Source: Hydrurus foetidus
Taxonomy: Eukaryota
NCBI GenBank assembly: GCA_900617105.1
Contig: UYFQ01000027.1
Location: 1-64,000 of the forward strand
Direction: 5' to 3'
DNA length: 64,000 bases
A program made the translations under genes and the position numbers. Every line of letters begins with the position of its first letter. The first letter of the stretch is position 1. Below the pieces are notes generated by a model, which was given only the letters and a program-made list of their open reading frames with translations, ran no database searches and was not told where the DNA came from. Shown piece by piece: positions 9,201 through 46,900 of the stretch.

Positions 9201-10753
9201 ATGTCGCTTCATGACGAAGTGGCTTTTGAAGAGATTGATAGCGCGTCGCAAAAGTTTACAGCTACAGTGAGAGAAAACTGTGGGGCTTTATTAAGTCGTC
9301 AATGGCACATAGTTTTGCCGGTTGCAATGTTTGCGTACGCAATTTTCCAGTCCTCTGTTGCTTACTTCGATGTCTGCACCGGTCGCGAACCTATTGAGCC
9401 TTGGACTCAACAAGTAATTGTCGCCATCGCTGGGTGCTTCATGCTCAGTGTTGCATATCATTCCCTCATCGGAATTTATATGGGTGCATACACCAAAAAC
9501 AACAAAGAGCTATCTTATCCCCGTGCCGTTTACGCAGCTGCTGCAACTGTTTCACTTGTCGCGGGGATATCAGCGTGTATCAAAATAAACGACCGTTATC
9601 ACTCGATATGCAAAGATGCTCTTGGCATGGAAACTTTCTCGTCACAATGGCCAGAGTGGCTCGTTGATGTTCCTTTGTTAGGATACATTACTGTGGCGCT
9701 AGAAGACAAATATGAGTTGGCCAGAGAGGATATCATCCTGATTTGCATGATGTTTAGCATGATATTCTTCGGTAAGAGGCGATCAGTTTTTGATTTTTGA
9801 TCAAAGAGGGAACACGTAGAATCTGCTGCTTCAATTTGTAGGTGATAGTTGTTCTCTAATCTTTTAGAATGACGAACAAAGCCTTCACAATCGAAATGTC
9901 GAATTTGATATTCTCCCACGAAGGTTTCTTGGCAAATCTGACGACAGACAAGTTCACTGGATCTGTTTTGCTATCAATAAGCGCCTGCTGTATTATGGGT
10001 AACTTCTACGTCGCCTTCAAGTCTTCGAGAGATACACAGGCTTTGGCGATAGCTGCCGCCAAAAAAGGTAATATACATCTGCAATGAAGTGTTTGCGCAT
10101 ATTATCCAGGATGCTCCATCTTCTCAATTTTCCTATCTGTTGATTCTTCAGGGCGGAATAACAGATCTGCTGCAGCGGCTAGTGCCCAGTGGGCGTTTGA
10201 ACGAATGATGATGAAGGGGCGTTTGTCCTGGTTGTTGATTTATGTGCTGCCTCTCTTTCCGATAACATACCTGCTGGGATACGTGGGCGTGTTCGACAGA
10301 GATCAAGTCATCGCGTCTAACATGATTTGCAGTGTGTTTGCAAAGCTGGTGTTTGTGGGCATATTGTCATTGGAGTCTCTGTTCGTTCAGCTTGCTCAAC
10401 GGAACAATGACGTACGCAAGAGGGCTCTCAACAACGCCACAATTGAAGGGTTCTCATTGCTACGTGGCGGCCCATCGATGGCCAGCAAGACCGCCTATGG
10501 GACAAATCTGAACCCCAAATATGACAGCCTTAATCAAGTAAATTCTGTTGAAGATGAAGTTAATTTCAGCCTGGTAAAAGTTCAAAATGAAGCAGCCCTG
10601 GGGTATAAGAACGGGACAAAAGGGGGCAATCTCGGAGGAAAAGGAAATTTAAAGTCCGCCTCTGACGGCCCTCTGAATGGCGGCAAATCATCTGTAATCA
10701 AAGCGGAGCCAGGCAAAGGAGTGTCAACTGGAAAGCTGGCCATTAATATCTAA
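9201..10753 (+). CDS. Microbial (type-1) rhodopsin-like protein, 8 predicted TM helices, ~438 aa; exons 9201-9771, 9924-10067, 10152-10753
   Basis: Two GT-AG introns splice in phase 1 into one ORF. Helix C QWPEWLVDVPLL matches BR RYADWLFTTPLL; helix F LPLFPITYLLG matches WSAYPVVWLIG; helix G CSVFAKLVF matches LDVSAKVGF, with the Schiff-base Lys codon at 10343. There is one extra N-terminal hydrophobic helix. Confidence 0.85.
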
Positions 10754-11613
10754 GAAAAGAAAAGGACACATTAGAGTCAGTTAGTTGAGTAGTTACAACA
10801 GAAATGGAATGTTTACTTGTTGCGATGTGAAAAAATGTCAATTATTGTGTGAGGACTGCATATAGAGTTAGATGGTAGGTGGTGAGTGAGTCTAAAATCT
10901 TTCCTCCTTGTTCTTATTTTCACACTACATGTTGAGAATCTGAATTTTTAGCATACCTGAGAGAGGCATCGGATGCCAACAGTTTGCAAACGATTTAGCA
11001 AGTTAAAAAATTATTTAGACCAAGCTGTCGTTTTTCTACCGCAAAAATGCCATGGCTCATTTAAGGACCCTAAGATATTTACAACGGAACAGCAGCAGCA
11101 GGGTGACAAACTTCTCCTACACTACAGTACGGCACTTGCGCTGTAAGTACTGAACGAAACCCGCCGACGTGAGTATTATACCGTATTGTACCCAGCGCGG
11201 CGGTTTCAACGGCGCGTCTGTATGTGCCTCGATCGATCTGATCTCCCGTTCCGTATTGGGTCCGTGAAACCTGATCGTGATCAAGCAATGCATTTATAGT
11301 CTTCAAATCTCATCACTTCCGACTAAAAAGGCAACGAGTTCTGAAAATCTAAGATAACCAGCTAGTAGATGAACGACTGCTTTCAGACAAGCCATGGATG
11401 GAGCTCTTTTTGGTGGAGAACATCATCAAAGAAGCTAGATCGCTGAAATTCCAACTGATAGGCACCTTCCGGGACATCTTTTTGTCTTACAGAGACAATT
11501 AATACAGATTTATAATAGTGTGGTAAAGTGCTTCTTTCCAGAATATCTCGATGGCATTGGGTAATCAAGACCACCTGAGGAGTTGATCCTACAAAGAATA
11601 CTTCTGATAGAAA

Positions 11614-36524
<24,911 letters not shown>

Positions 36525-37754
36525 ACCTGAGCCTGACAAGAACAAGAACAAGAGCAAGTGCCACTATTGCACTGCACCACGGCACGACCCATGACCATGA
36601 CCATGACCCACCATGGCATCACGTCATGTGCTGGCTGTGGCGAGCTGAGGTACTCAGTGCTGTGCTTTATATTCAAGGACATCAGTGATGCGATGGGCGG
36701 CATCCCGTCCCATCCCTCCCTCGTGTTACTCTGCCACTCTAAATAACCAACCTCATTGCTGTCGCTTCGTTTGAGTGACTCACCCGTACACCCAGACCAG
36801 CACCAGCGATCAGGAAGGGCTTCAAGTAGACAGTGCGTGATCTATGCCGACAAAGTTTCCTTCACCTCGCTGCATTACATTATATACCACACATCACTTT
36901 ACTTTTATTGGACGTTCTGTTGAATCGCTTAGAGGGGTTCTGTCAGGTGACGTACTCGCTATTCTGTACAGTATAGCTACCATACGCACGCAACAGTAAT
37001 AGACACAAAGGAAAGGAGGATCCATCCTTCGCTACAACACTACACTACACTACACTATACTACACTACAGTACAGTAAACTACACTATACTATATGATGA
37101 TTATTTAGAATGAGCGTGGCGCACTGAGTTTAGTTCACACTCATTTAGCAGAAGTCTAATCAGCACAGTTCCGTATATGCCTCAGCAAATCATAATCGCT
37201 ATTACTTTATCTTTCATTTCTTTTCTATATGATCGATGTTACATGCGATAGAATCGTACATCCAGTTCATTCGATCGACATCGAAGTACTCTACTTGACT
37301 TTATTTAACAAAAATCAACCAGTCGCAACAAGAACCCTCCTTTTTACAGACCAGCCAATTTGATCCATCGTTGATCAAGCGAAATGCGTCGTAGCTCAAT
37401 CAGTGATATTTGACGAAATACCTTTATCACTGATGGGTTTGTCATAGCAGTCTGCAATTACAGCTACGATACTGCAACGCGTCTACTACTGATACATTTA
37501 TAGTGGAACCACCACCGACGCTCAATCAATACTTCATTCCTTCAAAAGTCGAATGACAAGATGATGGAGAAATAAGAAATAAGAAATGTGAAGGAAAAGA
37601 TTTCCGGAGAACACAAGAACCGGATAGAATCTGGTCAACGTAACTTCGTAACTTTCTTCAGTTTTATATCTTTTGTCTTTTGTGGCAGTCTCCCCTCCCA
37701 GTAGGATTCTGCTCTACATCATAAATAATACGCCTTCTGTACAACGTACACGCA

Positions 37755-39749
37755 ATGGCGAGGTGCCACGCCATCAGAAAGCTGCTTTGCTGCGAATGTT
37801 ATCTTTCCCGATGCTTCATCGAGTCAGCAAGGAAATTTTATGCGGGTATATCACATCCGAGAAGTTTTTTGATTTTTAATGTGATCTGCATCATGCAGAC
37901 TGTTCCTGCGTTGTACTACTACATATCATTCTTCAAGAGTGGTTTCTACATCGTTAACTCCACCGGTATGGCACCCGTTTGGGGCTGCACTATTGGAGCC
38001 ATCGCAACAGCGATTGTGACCACCGCTCTGGTGCCAATACCACCCCAAACTATCACCGCTACTTTCTGTGCAGCGGTCATCATATGGGAATTTCTTGTTT
38101 GCGGTTCGCTATTTATAGCAGCAGTCTGTCTAGCGATTATGTCAGACTACCACGGATTTGTCTGGAGCGTAATAGGATCAATCAGCACGGGTTGCGCGGG
38201 ATGCTTTCTTCTGTGGTTGGGTCTCGAAGTAATTAAAAGACGAAAAGTTGAGAAATACGAGAATCATCTTGATAATGCTCCGTTTCGACCTCCATTTATG
38301 TCCTCTATGTCTGACAATATGAGCAGCGATGGTAGATCAAGCAAGTCTGATGTTGTCATTCAGATTGGAGAAAGAGACCGAAGCTCCTTGGAAAGAAGCT
38401 CGTTAGGAACCCCTGAGAGAAGTGAAAGAAGTAGAGAAAGAAGTAGAGAAAGGCTCTCTGAACCGTCTGATGTGCCTAAACATCACATATTTCGATCTAG
38501 TAAACTCGACTCCATACCGCAGCCCATCGGACCTAGTGATGACTTTTTCCTGGACGATATTTACAGCCAGGATAGAAAAGCTGTGAAAACCACAACCGAG
38601 TCTGAGCCAAATGCAGTACAGAGACCTTCCTGTTTTGGGGCCGTCAAGTTTTGTGTGATACAGATTTTACTCTGGGCAATATTATTTGTTTTTTCTATCA
38701 TCCCCGCAGGTTTTGGCATACAGCAGGCTATTCAACTATCAGAGCTTATAAAATACGGAATCCCAGGAACACTATACTCTATTCCTTCTGCACAGAACTC
38801 TACTATTTCTCTTAACATGCATATTTACTGCCTCGGTCCGAAGACATCTCGACCTACCTTGCTATTCGAAGCCGATAAAGGGACAAGCGGTTTTTCATTC
38901 TTCAACATGCAGAGCACTCTGTCTCCGACTTGGAGAGTGTGTACGTACGACAGGGGGGGATACGGGTGGTCCGCTCTGCCCCCATTGGGGTCGTCCACCC
39001 CCACTGCCGTCGCTTTCAGGCTACATGCATTGCTTGATTCTGCTGGTGAGGGACAGTCATCAAGTGGGATTGTTCTGATCGGTCACGGAACAGGAGGGGA
39101 ACTAGCACAGTTGTACGCACTGACCTATCCGAGCCAAGTATCCGGTCTAGCGATCTTAGACGGATATCCTAACATCGATAGATTGATGGGCCTCTCCACA
39201 AACAGCATCTATCAGTCCAACCTGAAGAAATGCGGTGATCTTCAGATATCTAGAGCACTCGAACCTGTCGCCTTAATGAGGGCTGTGACTGACGTGTTCG
39301 ATGTAAAGACCAAGAACAGAGGGGACCAGTTTGTACCCCAGTCACAATTGAATAAGTATGGTTCCACTCAGACTAATGGGAAATATTGGGCAGCGCAGTA
39401 CAGCGATCTCTGCGTCAATGCTGGTGCAGTGACTGCCCACACAGACCTGCTGAATCAAGCCGCTGAGAGACGGGTGGTATCGGCGTATTTTAACGGGAAT
39501 GCCGTGGCGTGGCCCTCCCTCCCGGTCAATCGTCCTGTGCTGGTCGTGTCTGCAGGTAGCAGCATCAGCGGCTCTGATGCTCAATCCATGACGTACTTCA
39601 GACAAGCAGCGCTCTACAACATGACCCTCTCCTCCTCCCAACAGTCCAAATGGATCGTGTGTGCCTCTTGCGACCACTCACTAGCCGTGGACCGGGACAG
39701 TACGGCTGTATCTGGCTATATTGACCAGCACTTCAGCAACTACTTCTGA
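37755..39749 (+). CDS. Intronless multi-pass membrane protein with a C-terminal alpha/beta-hydrolase fold
   Basis: About 5 hydrophobic segments, then MHIYCLG...PTLLFEA, RVCTYDRGGYGWS, IVLIGHGTGG, YPSQVSGLAILDG, PVLVVSAG and CDH. Confidence 0.85.
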   Translation: MARCHAIRKLLCCECYLSRCFIESARKFYAGISHPRSFLIFNVICIMQTVPALYYYISFFKSGFYIVNSTGMAPVWGCTIGAIATAIVTTALVPIPPQTITATFCAAVIIWEFLVCGSLFIAAVCLAIMSDYHGFVWSVIGSISTGCAGCFLLWLGLEVIKRRKVEKYENHLDNAPFRPPFMSSMSDNMSSDGRSSKSDVVIQIGERDRSSLERSSLGTPERSERSRERSRERLSEPSDVPKHHIFRSSKLDSIPQPIGPSDDFFLDDIYSQDRKAVKTTTESEPNAVQRPSCFGAVKFCVIQILLWAILFVFSIIPAGFGIQQAIQLSELIKYGIPGTLYSIPSAQNSTISLNMHIYCLGPKTSRPTLLFEADKGTSGFSFFNMQSTLSPTWRVCTYDRGGYGWSALPPLGSSTPTAVAFRLHALLDSAGEGQSSSGIVLIGHGTGGELAQLYALTYPSQVSGLAILDGYPNIDRLMGLSTNSIYQSNLKKCGDLQISRALEPVALMRAVTDVFDVKTKNRGDQFVPQSQLNKYGSTQTNGKYWAAQYSDLCVNAGAVTAHTDLLNQAAERRVVSAYFNGNAVAWPSLPVNRPVLVVSAGSSISGSDAQSMTYFRQAALYNMTLSSSQQSKWIVCASCDHSLAVDRDSTAVSGYIDQHFSNYF

Positions 39750-40921
39750 GAAATCAGTCGACCATTCTGTTCATAAATTGGTCACTGCAATCTTCCATTC
39801 TGTCCTTTGCATCAGAGAATCTGATCACTGTAACATTTCAACTCATTGCATTCTGACATATCGTGTCATTTCATTCATCGTTTTTATTGTATCTTACCAT
39901 ATTGGCTTTTTCATCTTGTTTATGTCCCGTGTTTCTCCTTCGCTATATTGGCTATCACATTATCGGCAGTAATGTAATCAAAGCCTAGCGACTAGACATG
40001 ATTTCTCTGATCGCCTTTATGGGAGGACAAATATTGGTCATCAAGAATGGGGGAGGCAACGGCAACGCATAAGACTCCAACATTTGAACTGATTTCAGCA
40101 ACGTCAGCGTTAGCGTGGCGTCATGGGGCTCTACAATGACATGTGGAAGTCCGAACAAACGAATGCGCTGAGAAAAGAGTGGAGCAAGAAGCGGTAGTGC
40201 GATTAGCGGGATCGAATAGGAGTACGTAGCAGGTAGTGGATAGTAGAAAGCAGAAGTGGTGCTTACAGGTACCCATGTTATGCAATGATCCGTACGTACC
40301 CACACGGCATGTACGCACAGGTTATTTACGTACGGGGTATGCAAGTACGGCCAATAATTGAAATTCTATCTAGATTAAAAGATTTTAATCTCTAAGGCTA
40401 GCATCAAAACTGTCTCTCATTTCGATAAAGAATTCAGCATAGAATTCGTTAAAGGATTCAGGGTATATTATCAATTTTGTCTCGCGTCGTCAATCAGGTC
40501 GATTATCGAAACGTTATGAAGAGATGTAATTGTTTGAGTTGTAACGCGGAAACCTTCATCGTTATTTTCTCTCAATTCTACCGCGGACAAGCCACATATC
40601 TCATATCTATCGTTACTAGGTAAGTTTTTTCATAAAAAAGAAAAAAGAAATGAGGTGAGGTTTTTTAAAAAACTGAGTGACAACGTAACCCAGTGCTGTG
40701 TCCCCAAAGGGATTAGGATTTCTTTTAAAAAGATCTGAGAGGTTACGGAAATTTGGTGCCTTGCTAGCTCAGTACATTTTCAAACCTGATTCCAAAGCGG
40801 TGCCAAAAACCCTACAGAAGAAGACCCTTCAGAGTCCTTCACCGCTTGATAGGTCCTTGAGTGGCGTAACTACATGTGGAAGTCAATTTAAATTGCATCA
40901 GTTAACAGTAAAGGCGCTTAA

Positions 40922-43900
40922 ATGGAAGTATCCATCGATAGGAAACCACGTTTGGAGGATGCATCTAAAGATGACTTGCTTCAGATGGTTCTTCAGCTTG
41001 AGGTTCAGAAAGCTGCAGCACAAGAGACCATTGAATTGAGCAATGTTGAGAAAGATAAAATTAAAGAGAAGGCGCTCGCTTTACTGAAACGCTGTCGTGA
41101 ATTGGAGTCAAAGCAGGGAGAGATCGATGATTTGAAGAACAAATTGCAGAAGCTTGAGGCATCACCAACATCAACCACTGATGCTAGTCATGGGGATACT
41201 GCAGTAACTGATGAGAAGTACAACCGAATAGTTTCTGAGTTACAGGAACGCTGCAGGACACTACAGTCAGAAAACGACCACAAAGTTGCTGAGATGAAAG
41301 CTATCAACGAAAATTGTGAGGGCTACAAGAACCAAGGTATCACTACAACAATAAAAGTGTGTATTGAAACAAGACACGCTTGGGGGGAATTCAATAGCTC
41401 ACTTTTCCTCCGTCACTGAGTTTTTGACTTCATATCACTTCGCTGTTTATTTTGATCGCAAGTGACTTCTCTGACCGAGTCACTGGAGCTGCTGAAGGAG
41501 CAGAGCAAAAGCAAGATGATGGCAGCGATTGAGAAGATGAAAGAGCTCAAAGGCCACCTAGGCTCAAAAACAGAAGAGATTGCTGCGGGCGTTCTCAGAA
41601 TAACAGAATTAGAAGAATCTCTCGTGTCGGTAAACCAAGACGTGGTGAAGTACAAGAGTGCCATGGAAAAAGCGATGCCGAAATTCAGAGAGTTGAAGGT
41701 GCAATTAGACGCAAAAGTCAGTGAATGCGATGCTAATGAAAAGGAGAATACACAGCTTAAAAATAGAATTGTGGAGTTGGAAGGTCTGGGCGAAAAGCAG
41801 ATGATAGTGGAGGCTCCAGTGAATCTATTATGCATATCAGACATTGATCAATCAGCTGCATCAGCTACTGAGTCGGTGTCAGTCCCCGTTCATCATCCTG
41901 TGATCAGTCAGAGTCAGCAGTCATCAGACGCTCCTAAAGTAGGAAGCAGCAAAGCAGCAGCGGAGCAGAGTGCCAACATTGTCCCTGCTGTGAACACGGA
42001 AGACCAAAAAGATGTGACGCAGAATAGTCCTGACTGCAAGCAGCTTGATGAGAAAGAGAGAGAAATCGCTGAGTTGGTAGCACTCGTTGCTGGGTTGAAG
42101 GAGAGCAATGAAGAAATCAAGAACAAGGCGGTTCTCAACGAAAACGTTCTCAAAGGAGAAATAGAAACTCTGAAGCAGGTAAGTCCACTAGATATACATC
42201 AACTGTCTGATTGAATGATGTGTGACTGTTATCTAAGCTAGTGCCTCATCGATTATCCACTTCAATGCTGGACCCAAACCACCACACAGCAACGAACGAG
42301 AATACACAGACACTTTTCCCATTCCTTTTCAAAGATAATACTCTTCAAACAAAAGAGTGTCTTTGTGTTGGCGTTTACTGCTTTATGGGAGTCTGCAGCC
42401 AGCATCAAATTGTATCATCGATGAAAGACGAGACCAAATTTTACGATTAATAGCTATACTTGCAGACACTGACCATGCAGCACCATTGTAATCTAGCGAC
42501 ACGCCACATCCGTCATCATCATTGAATTGCCAAATCAATGAACGTACGTATGTATTAGGTTCGGAGTCAGCTGGATTCTGCGAGACTTCGGGTCACTGAG
42601 TTGAAGTCGAGTCTTGCAGCACCTATGCATGGACAGGGACAGGGACAGGGACAGAGGGAGGACCTGCTGGGAAATGGAGCAGCAAGTGTTGAAACTGCCG
42701 TCATTGCGAATAGCACAAAGGATAAGGATGGGGAGAAGGAGAAGGAGAGGGATCGGGACCACATTCCAGATGCCATTGAAGGAGTTCTAGCTGAACTCAA
42801 AGGCATATTCGCTGTGAAAGCTGTACAGCACATGAACACGTACAACGAACTGCACATGCGTATCAACGATCTAGAGAGCAAGTTACACGTGAAGACGTTC
42901 GAAGTCACCGCTGTGAGGAACAGTCTAGAAAGTCAATTATCCGAATTTAAAGGAGCCCTCTGTGAACTCTCAGCGGTAAGTCTGGAATCTGCTGACCGAT
43001 AGTCTAGAATCTTCTGACTCACAGTCTGTACTCTGTCTAATGTACGGCTTCTCTTCTTCTCCTCCCCCCTCTCCTTCTTCTTCTTCTTTTCCTTCTTGTT
43101 GCTATATGTTGGTGTAGGTGCAGGCAGGGTTGGACAGCAAGGATGCACAGGCAGCTGCAATGCAGGAGGAGTGCATAGCCCTCTCAGAACAAGTACGCAC
43201 ACTCACAGAGGAGCTGACAGCCCTCAGAGTGACGCACACGACATCTGAGGAGAGTGCGTTGCAGAGGAAGAGTGAGGTCGATGCGGCACATGTGGAGGTG
43301 AAGCGGCTGCAAGAGCAGTTGAAGGCAGCTCAATTGGTGGCAGTGGACATGGAGGCGACCAGTGCTGCTGATGCTAAAGCGAAGGATCAATCTGAGAAAC
43401 ACATTGTGGAACTCACAGACACCAACTCACAGACACCATCACCATCGCTGCTTCTGCAGTACACACAGCGACAGAAACAACAAGAGCAAGAGGTGAATAA
43501 AGAAGAAATGCAGTCAGCGCATGCAGATGAGCAGTCACAAGCCATCTCTCTACTGACAGCTGACCTGCACTTGAAATCCAACGCACTTATCGCTGCTGAC
43601 GTCCAAGCGGCTGCTGCTCTGCAGGAATTAGTGGAACTTCGATCCCAGGTCTCTCAGCTGTCTGACGCACTCAGAACATCCACTGTGGATATTGATGATA
43701 AAAACATAGAACTAGCTGCTAAATCAGACGAACTAGCAGCTAATTCTGGTGAGTTAGGAGCAATTAATGAGGATAATGCATCTGTGGACAGCGGTGTGTT
43801 GGAGATCTCTACTCAAAAGGATGAGACTGCAGTGACGGAGTCGCAAGTCATTGAGTTGTCAGAGCAGATTAGACTCATGAAGGACCAGTTGAAGAAGACA

Positions 43901-46900
43901 GGAGCGAAGTTTATTCAGAAGATTGCGTTGCTGAAGTCCCAGGTGTGCTGGGCGATAAGTAGAGTAGCTATCTTTGCATCCTATCTCACCCTATCTCATC
44001 TCATCATGTTATATCTTATCCTATCTTTGCATCCTATCTTACCCTATCTCATCTCATCATATCTTATTTTATCTCATCTCATCATGTTATACCTTACCCT
44101 ATCTCATCTCATCATCTTATATCTTACCCTATCTCATCATATCTTACCCTATCTCATCTCATCCTATCTTACCCTATCTCATCTCATCTCATCATATCTT
44201 ATCCTATCTTTGCATCCTATCTTACCCTATCTCATCTCATCTCATCTCATCCTATCTTACCCTATCTCATCTCATCTCATCATATCTTATCCTATCTTTG
44301 CATCCTATCTTACCCTATCTCATCTCATCTCATCCTATCTTACCCTATCTCATCTCATCCTATCTTACCCTATCTCATCTCATCTCATCATATCTTATCC
44401 TATCTTTGCATCCTGTCTTACCCTATCTCATCTCATCCTATCTTACCCTATCTCATCTCATCTCATCTCATCATATCTTATCCTATCTTTGCATCCTATC
44501 TTACCCTATCTCATCTCATCTCATCATATCTTACCCTATCTCATCTCATCATGTTATATCTTACCCTCTCCCTCACTATTCTATCTCATCCGACTGACAC
44601 ATCATAACAATGTGAGTCCAATAGCAGTAGCCCGCCTACTGCACCTGATGCAACACCCCTAAACCCAATCTACCTCCACCTCGTAACCTCACCCTAACTC
44701 TCACTTCTCAATCGATGAAACTGTGCTCATACTGACTTCAGTGTCCGAGTTCAATCAGTATTGTCCATCTAATAGTTTTTTCGTACCTTTCTTCTTCGTC
44801 CTCACTCACACACTCTGTCAAATACACTATATGAGCATCAGTGCATACCATATAAATCCACTCTGACTCTATCCTGCTCCACTCCCTACCCTATCATCAG
44901 GTGGCGACTAGCAAGGCTAGTGAAGAAACCTTGTCAGCAGAGCGGAATTCTTTGGTCCAGGATCTGTCGGAGGCACAATCTCAGCTGCTGGAGAAGAACA
45001 ATGAGATTGTCGAGTATAGCGCAGCTGCGACACAGCTCGAGCAGTTGAAGAGGGAGTTGCAGAGAGGTGCAGATGACATGGCTGTGAGGGCTACTGAGCT
45101 ATCCGATGCGAGGAGTGAGATCTCATTGCTGAGTGCTGCTCGACTAGAACTGCAAGATGTGATAGATAAATTGCAATCCGATGTAGCAGCAAAAGAGGAT
45201 GAGCTGAACGCAGTTGTGAAGAGCCATGATTTGCAACTCACGGAGTTGGAGTTGAGCGTGTCACAGGCGAGTGCAGAGATGGAAGCTGCTCAGAAGAGAA
45301 TGGCAGACGTGCAGAAAGATCTCGAACTCTCTGTCTCCAATGCAAAGGCATCTGATGACATCACCATTGATCTGAGGATGCAGCTAGAGGAGAAGGTCAA
45401 AAAGGTAGAGCTGTTGCGAGTGCACGTCACACATCTTGAAGAACAGGTGCAGGAGGCCCAGACAGACAAGGAGAGTGCAGCAGCTACGATGGATGAGAGG
45501 CAGCAGGACGATGAGGTGTCAAAGCAAATTGCCGATCAATTCAAAGAGTACTCAGAGCGTGCTGCCGTTGAGCTTAGTGAGTTACGCGTGCAGCTGAGCG
45601 AGTCTGTGGATGCGCTGTGTTTGAAAGAGAGCCTGCTCGAGACTTTGACGCTTCAGTTGAAGGAGAGCAGAGAGGCGCAGGACGGCATCGAGAAGAAGAG
45701 TGCCGAGACTGCAGCTCTAGTGGAAGAGATGAAGAGCAAAGTGCAGGAGACGCAGGCAGCGTACGAGGAGTTGAAGAGCGCGATGGAAGTGGCTGATGCA
45801 AGTCATAGAGAGGCAGTGCTGGTATTGGAGGAGGCGGCTGGTCAAAGTCGCACCCAGTCTATGATGTACACCTGGGAGATGGCGAGCAAAGTGCATGAGA
45901 CGCAGGCAGCGTACGAGGAGTTGAAGAGCGCGATGGAAGTGGCTGATGCAAGTCATAGAGAGGCAGTGCTGGTATTGGAGGAGGCGAGGAGCGCGAGTGA
46001 GGAGAGGGCGAGACTAGCAGCAGAGGAGAGTGTGAGCGCGGTGCAGGTGCAGGTGCAGGTGCGAGAGGAGGCTGCGGCTATGAGTGCGAGGCTAGCGGAG
46101 CTCGAGCGATCAATGGGTGAGTCGCAGGCAGAAGTGGTTGCTCTGAAGGCTGAAAAGGAAGGTCATGACGAGGAGAAGAACAAGATGATAGAGAAGATGA
46201 CCAAGATGCTGGGGAAACTCAAAGAGACGAAGGTGGAGGCAGCGAGTGCGACTGCGGAACTGGTGTCGATGAGGGAGGAGGTAGAGCGGGTGCGCGGAGA
46301 GGAGCAGCGGTTGGCGGTTGGTGTCTGAGGTGGCTGGTCTGCAGGGAGAATGGATCGAGCAGAGCTGTGTCGGCCGCTGAGAGTGCAGGTGAGGAGAAGA
46401 GAGCGAGAGAAGTCGAGGCAGAGAAGGAGAAGGAGAGAGAAAGACAGAGGGCAGAAGACACGGATGTAGCGGAGCGACGAAGTGCCGAGGCTGCAGCTCT
46501 AGTGGAAGAGATGAAGAGCAAAGTGCAGGAGACGCAGGCAGCGTACGAGGAGTTGAAGAGCGCGATGGAAGTGGCAAGAGGCAGCAGGAGTGAGAGATGG
46601 CTGATGCAGGTGCCGAGGAGTGCGAGATGGAGGCTGCAGGGCAGGTGAGAGAACAGAGGCTAGCAGGTGCTGGAGCGGAAAACAGGTCGAAAGGATGCAG
46701 CGCAAAGTGCAAAAGCTCTGAAGGCTGAAAAGGAAGGTCATGACGAGGAGAAGAACAAGATGATAGAGAAGATGACCAAGATGCTGGGGAAGCTCAAAGA
46801 GACGAAGGTGGAGGCAGCGAGTGCGACTGCGGAACTGGTGTCGATGAGGGAGGAGGTAGAGCGGGTGCGCGGAGAGGAGCAGCGGTTGGTGTCTGAGGTG

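Noticed and set aside
10760..11610. Possible ncRNA or small ORFs between the rhodopsin and kinesin genes
   Set aside because: No tRNA or snoRNA structure or protein motif was recognisable, and no kinase or cyclase exon that could extend the rhodopsin was seen.
40372..40391. Short palindrome agattaaaa-ga-ttttaatct
   Set aside because: A 9-bp AT-rich stem is plausible by chance and has no supporting context.
43943..44662. Hydrophobic C-terminal half of the 514-aa ORF (looks multi-TM)
   Set aside because: It is read-through into an intronic pentamer repeat after the CAG|GTGTG donor at ~43942.
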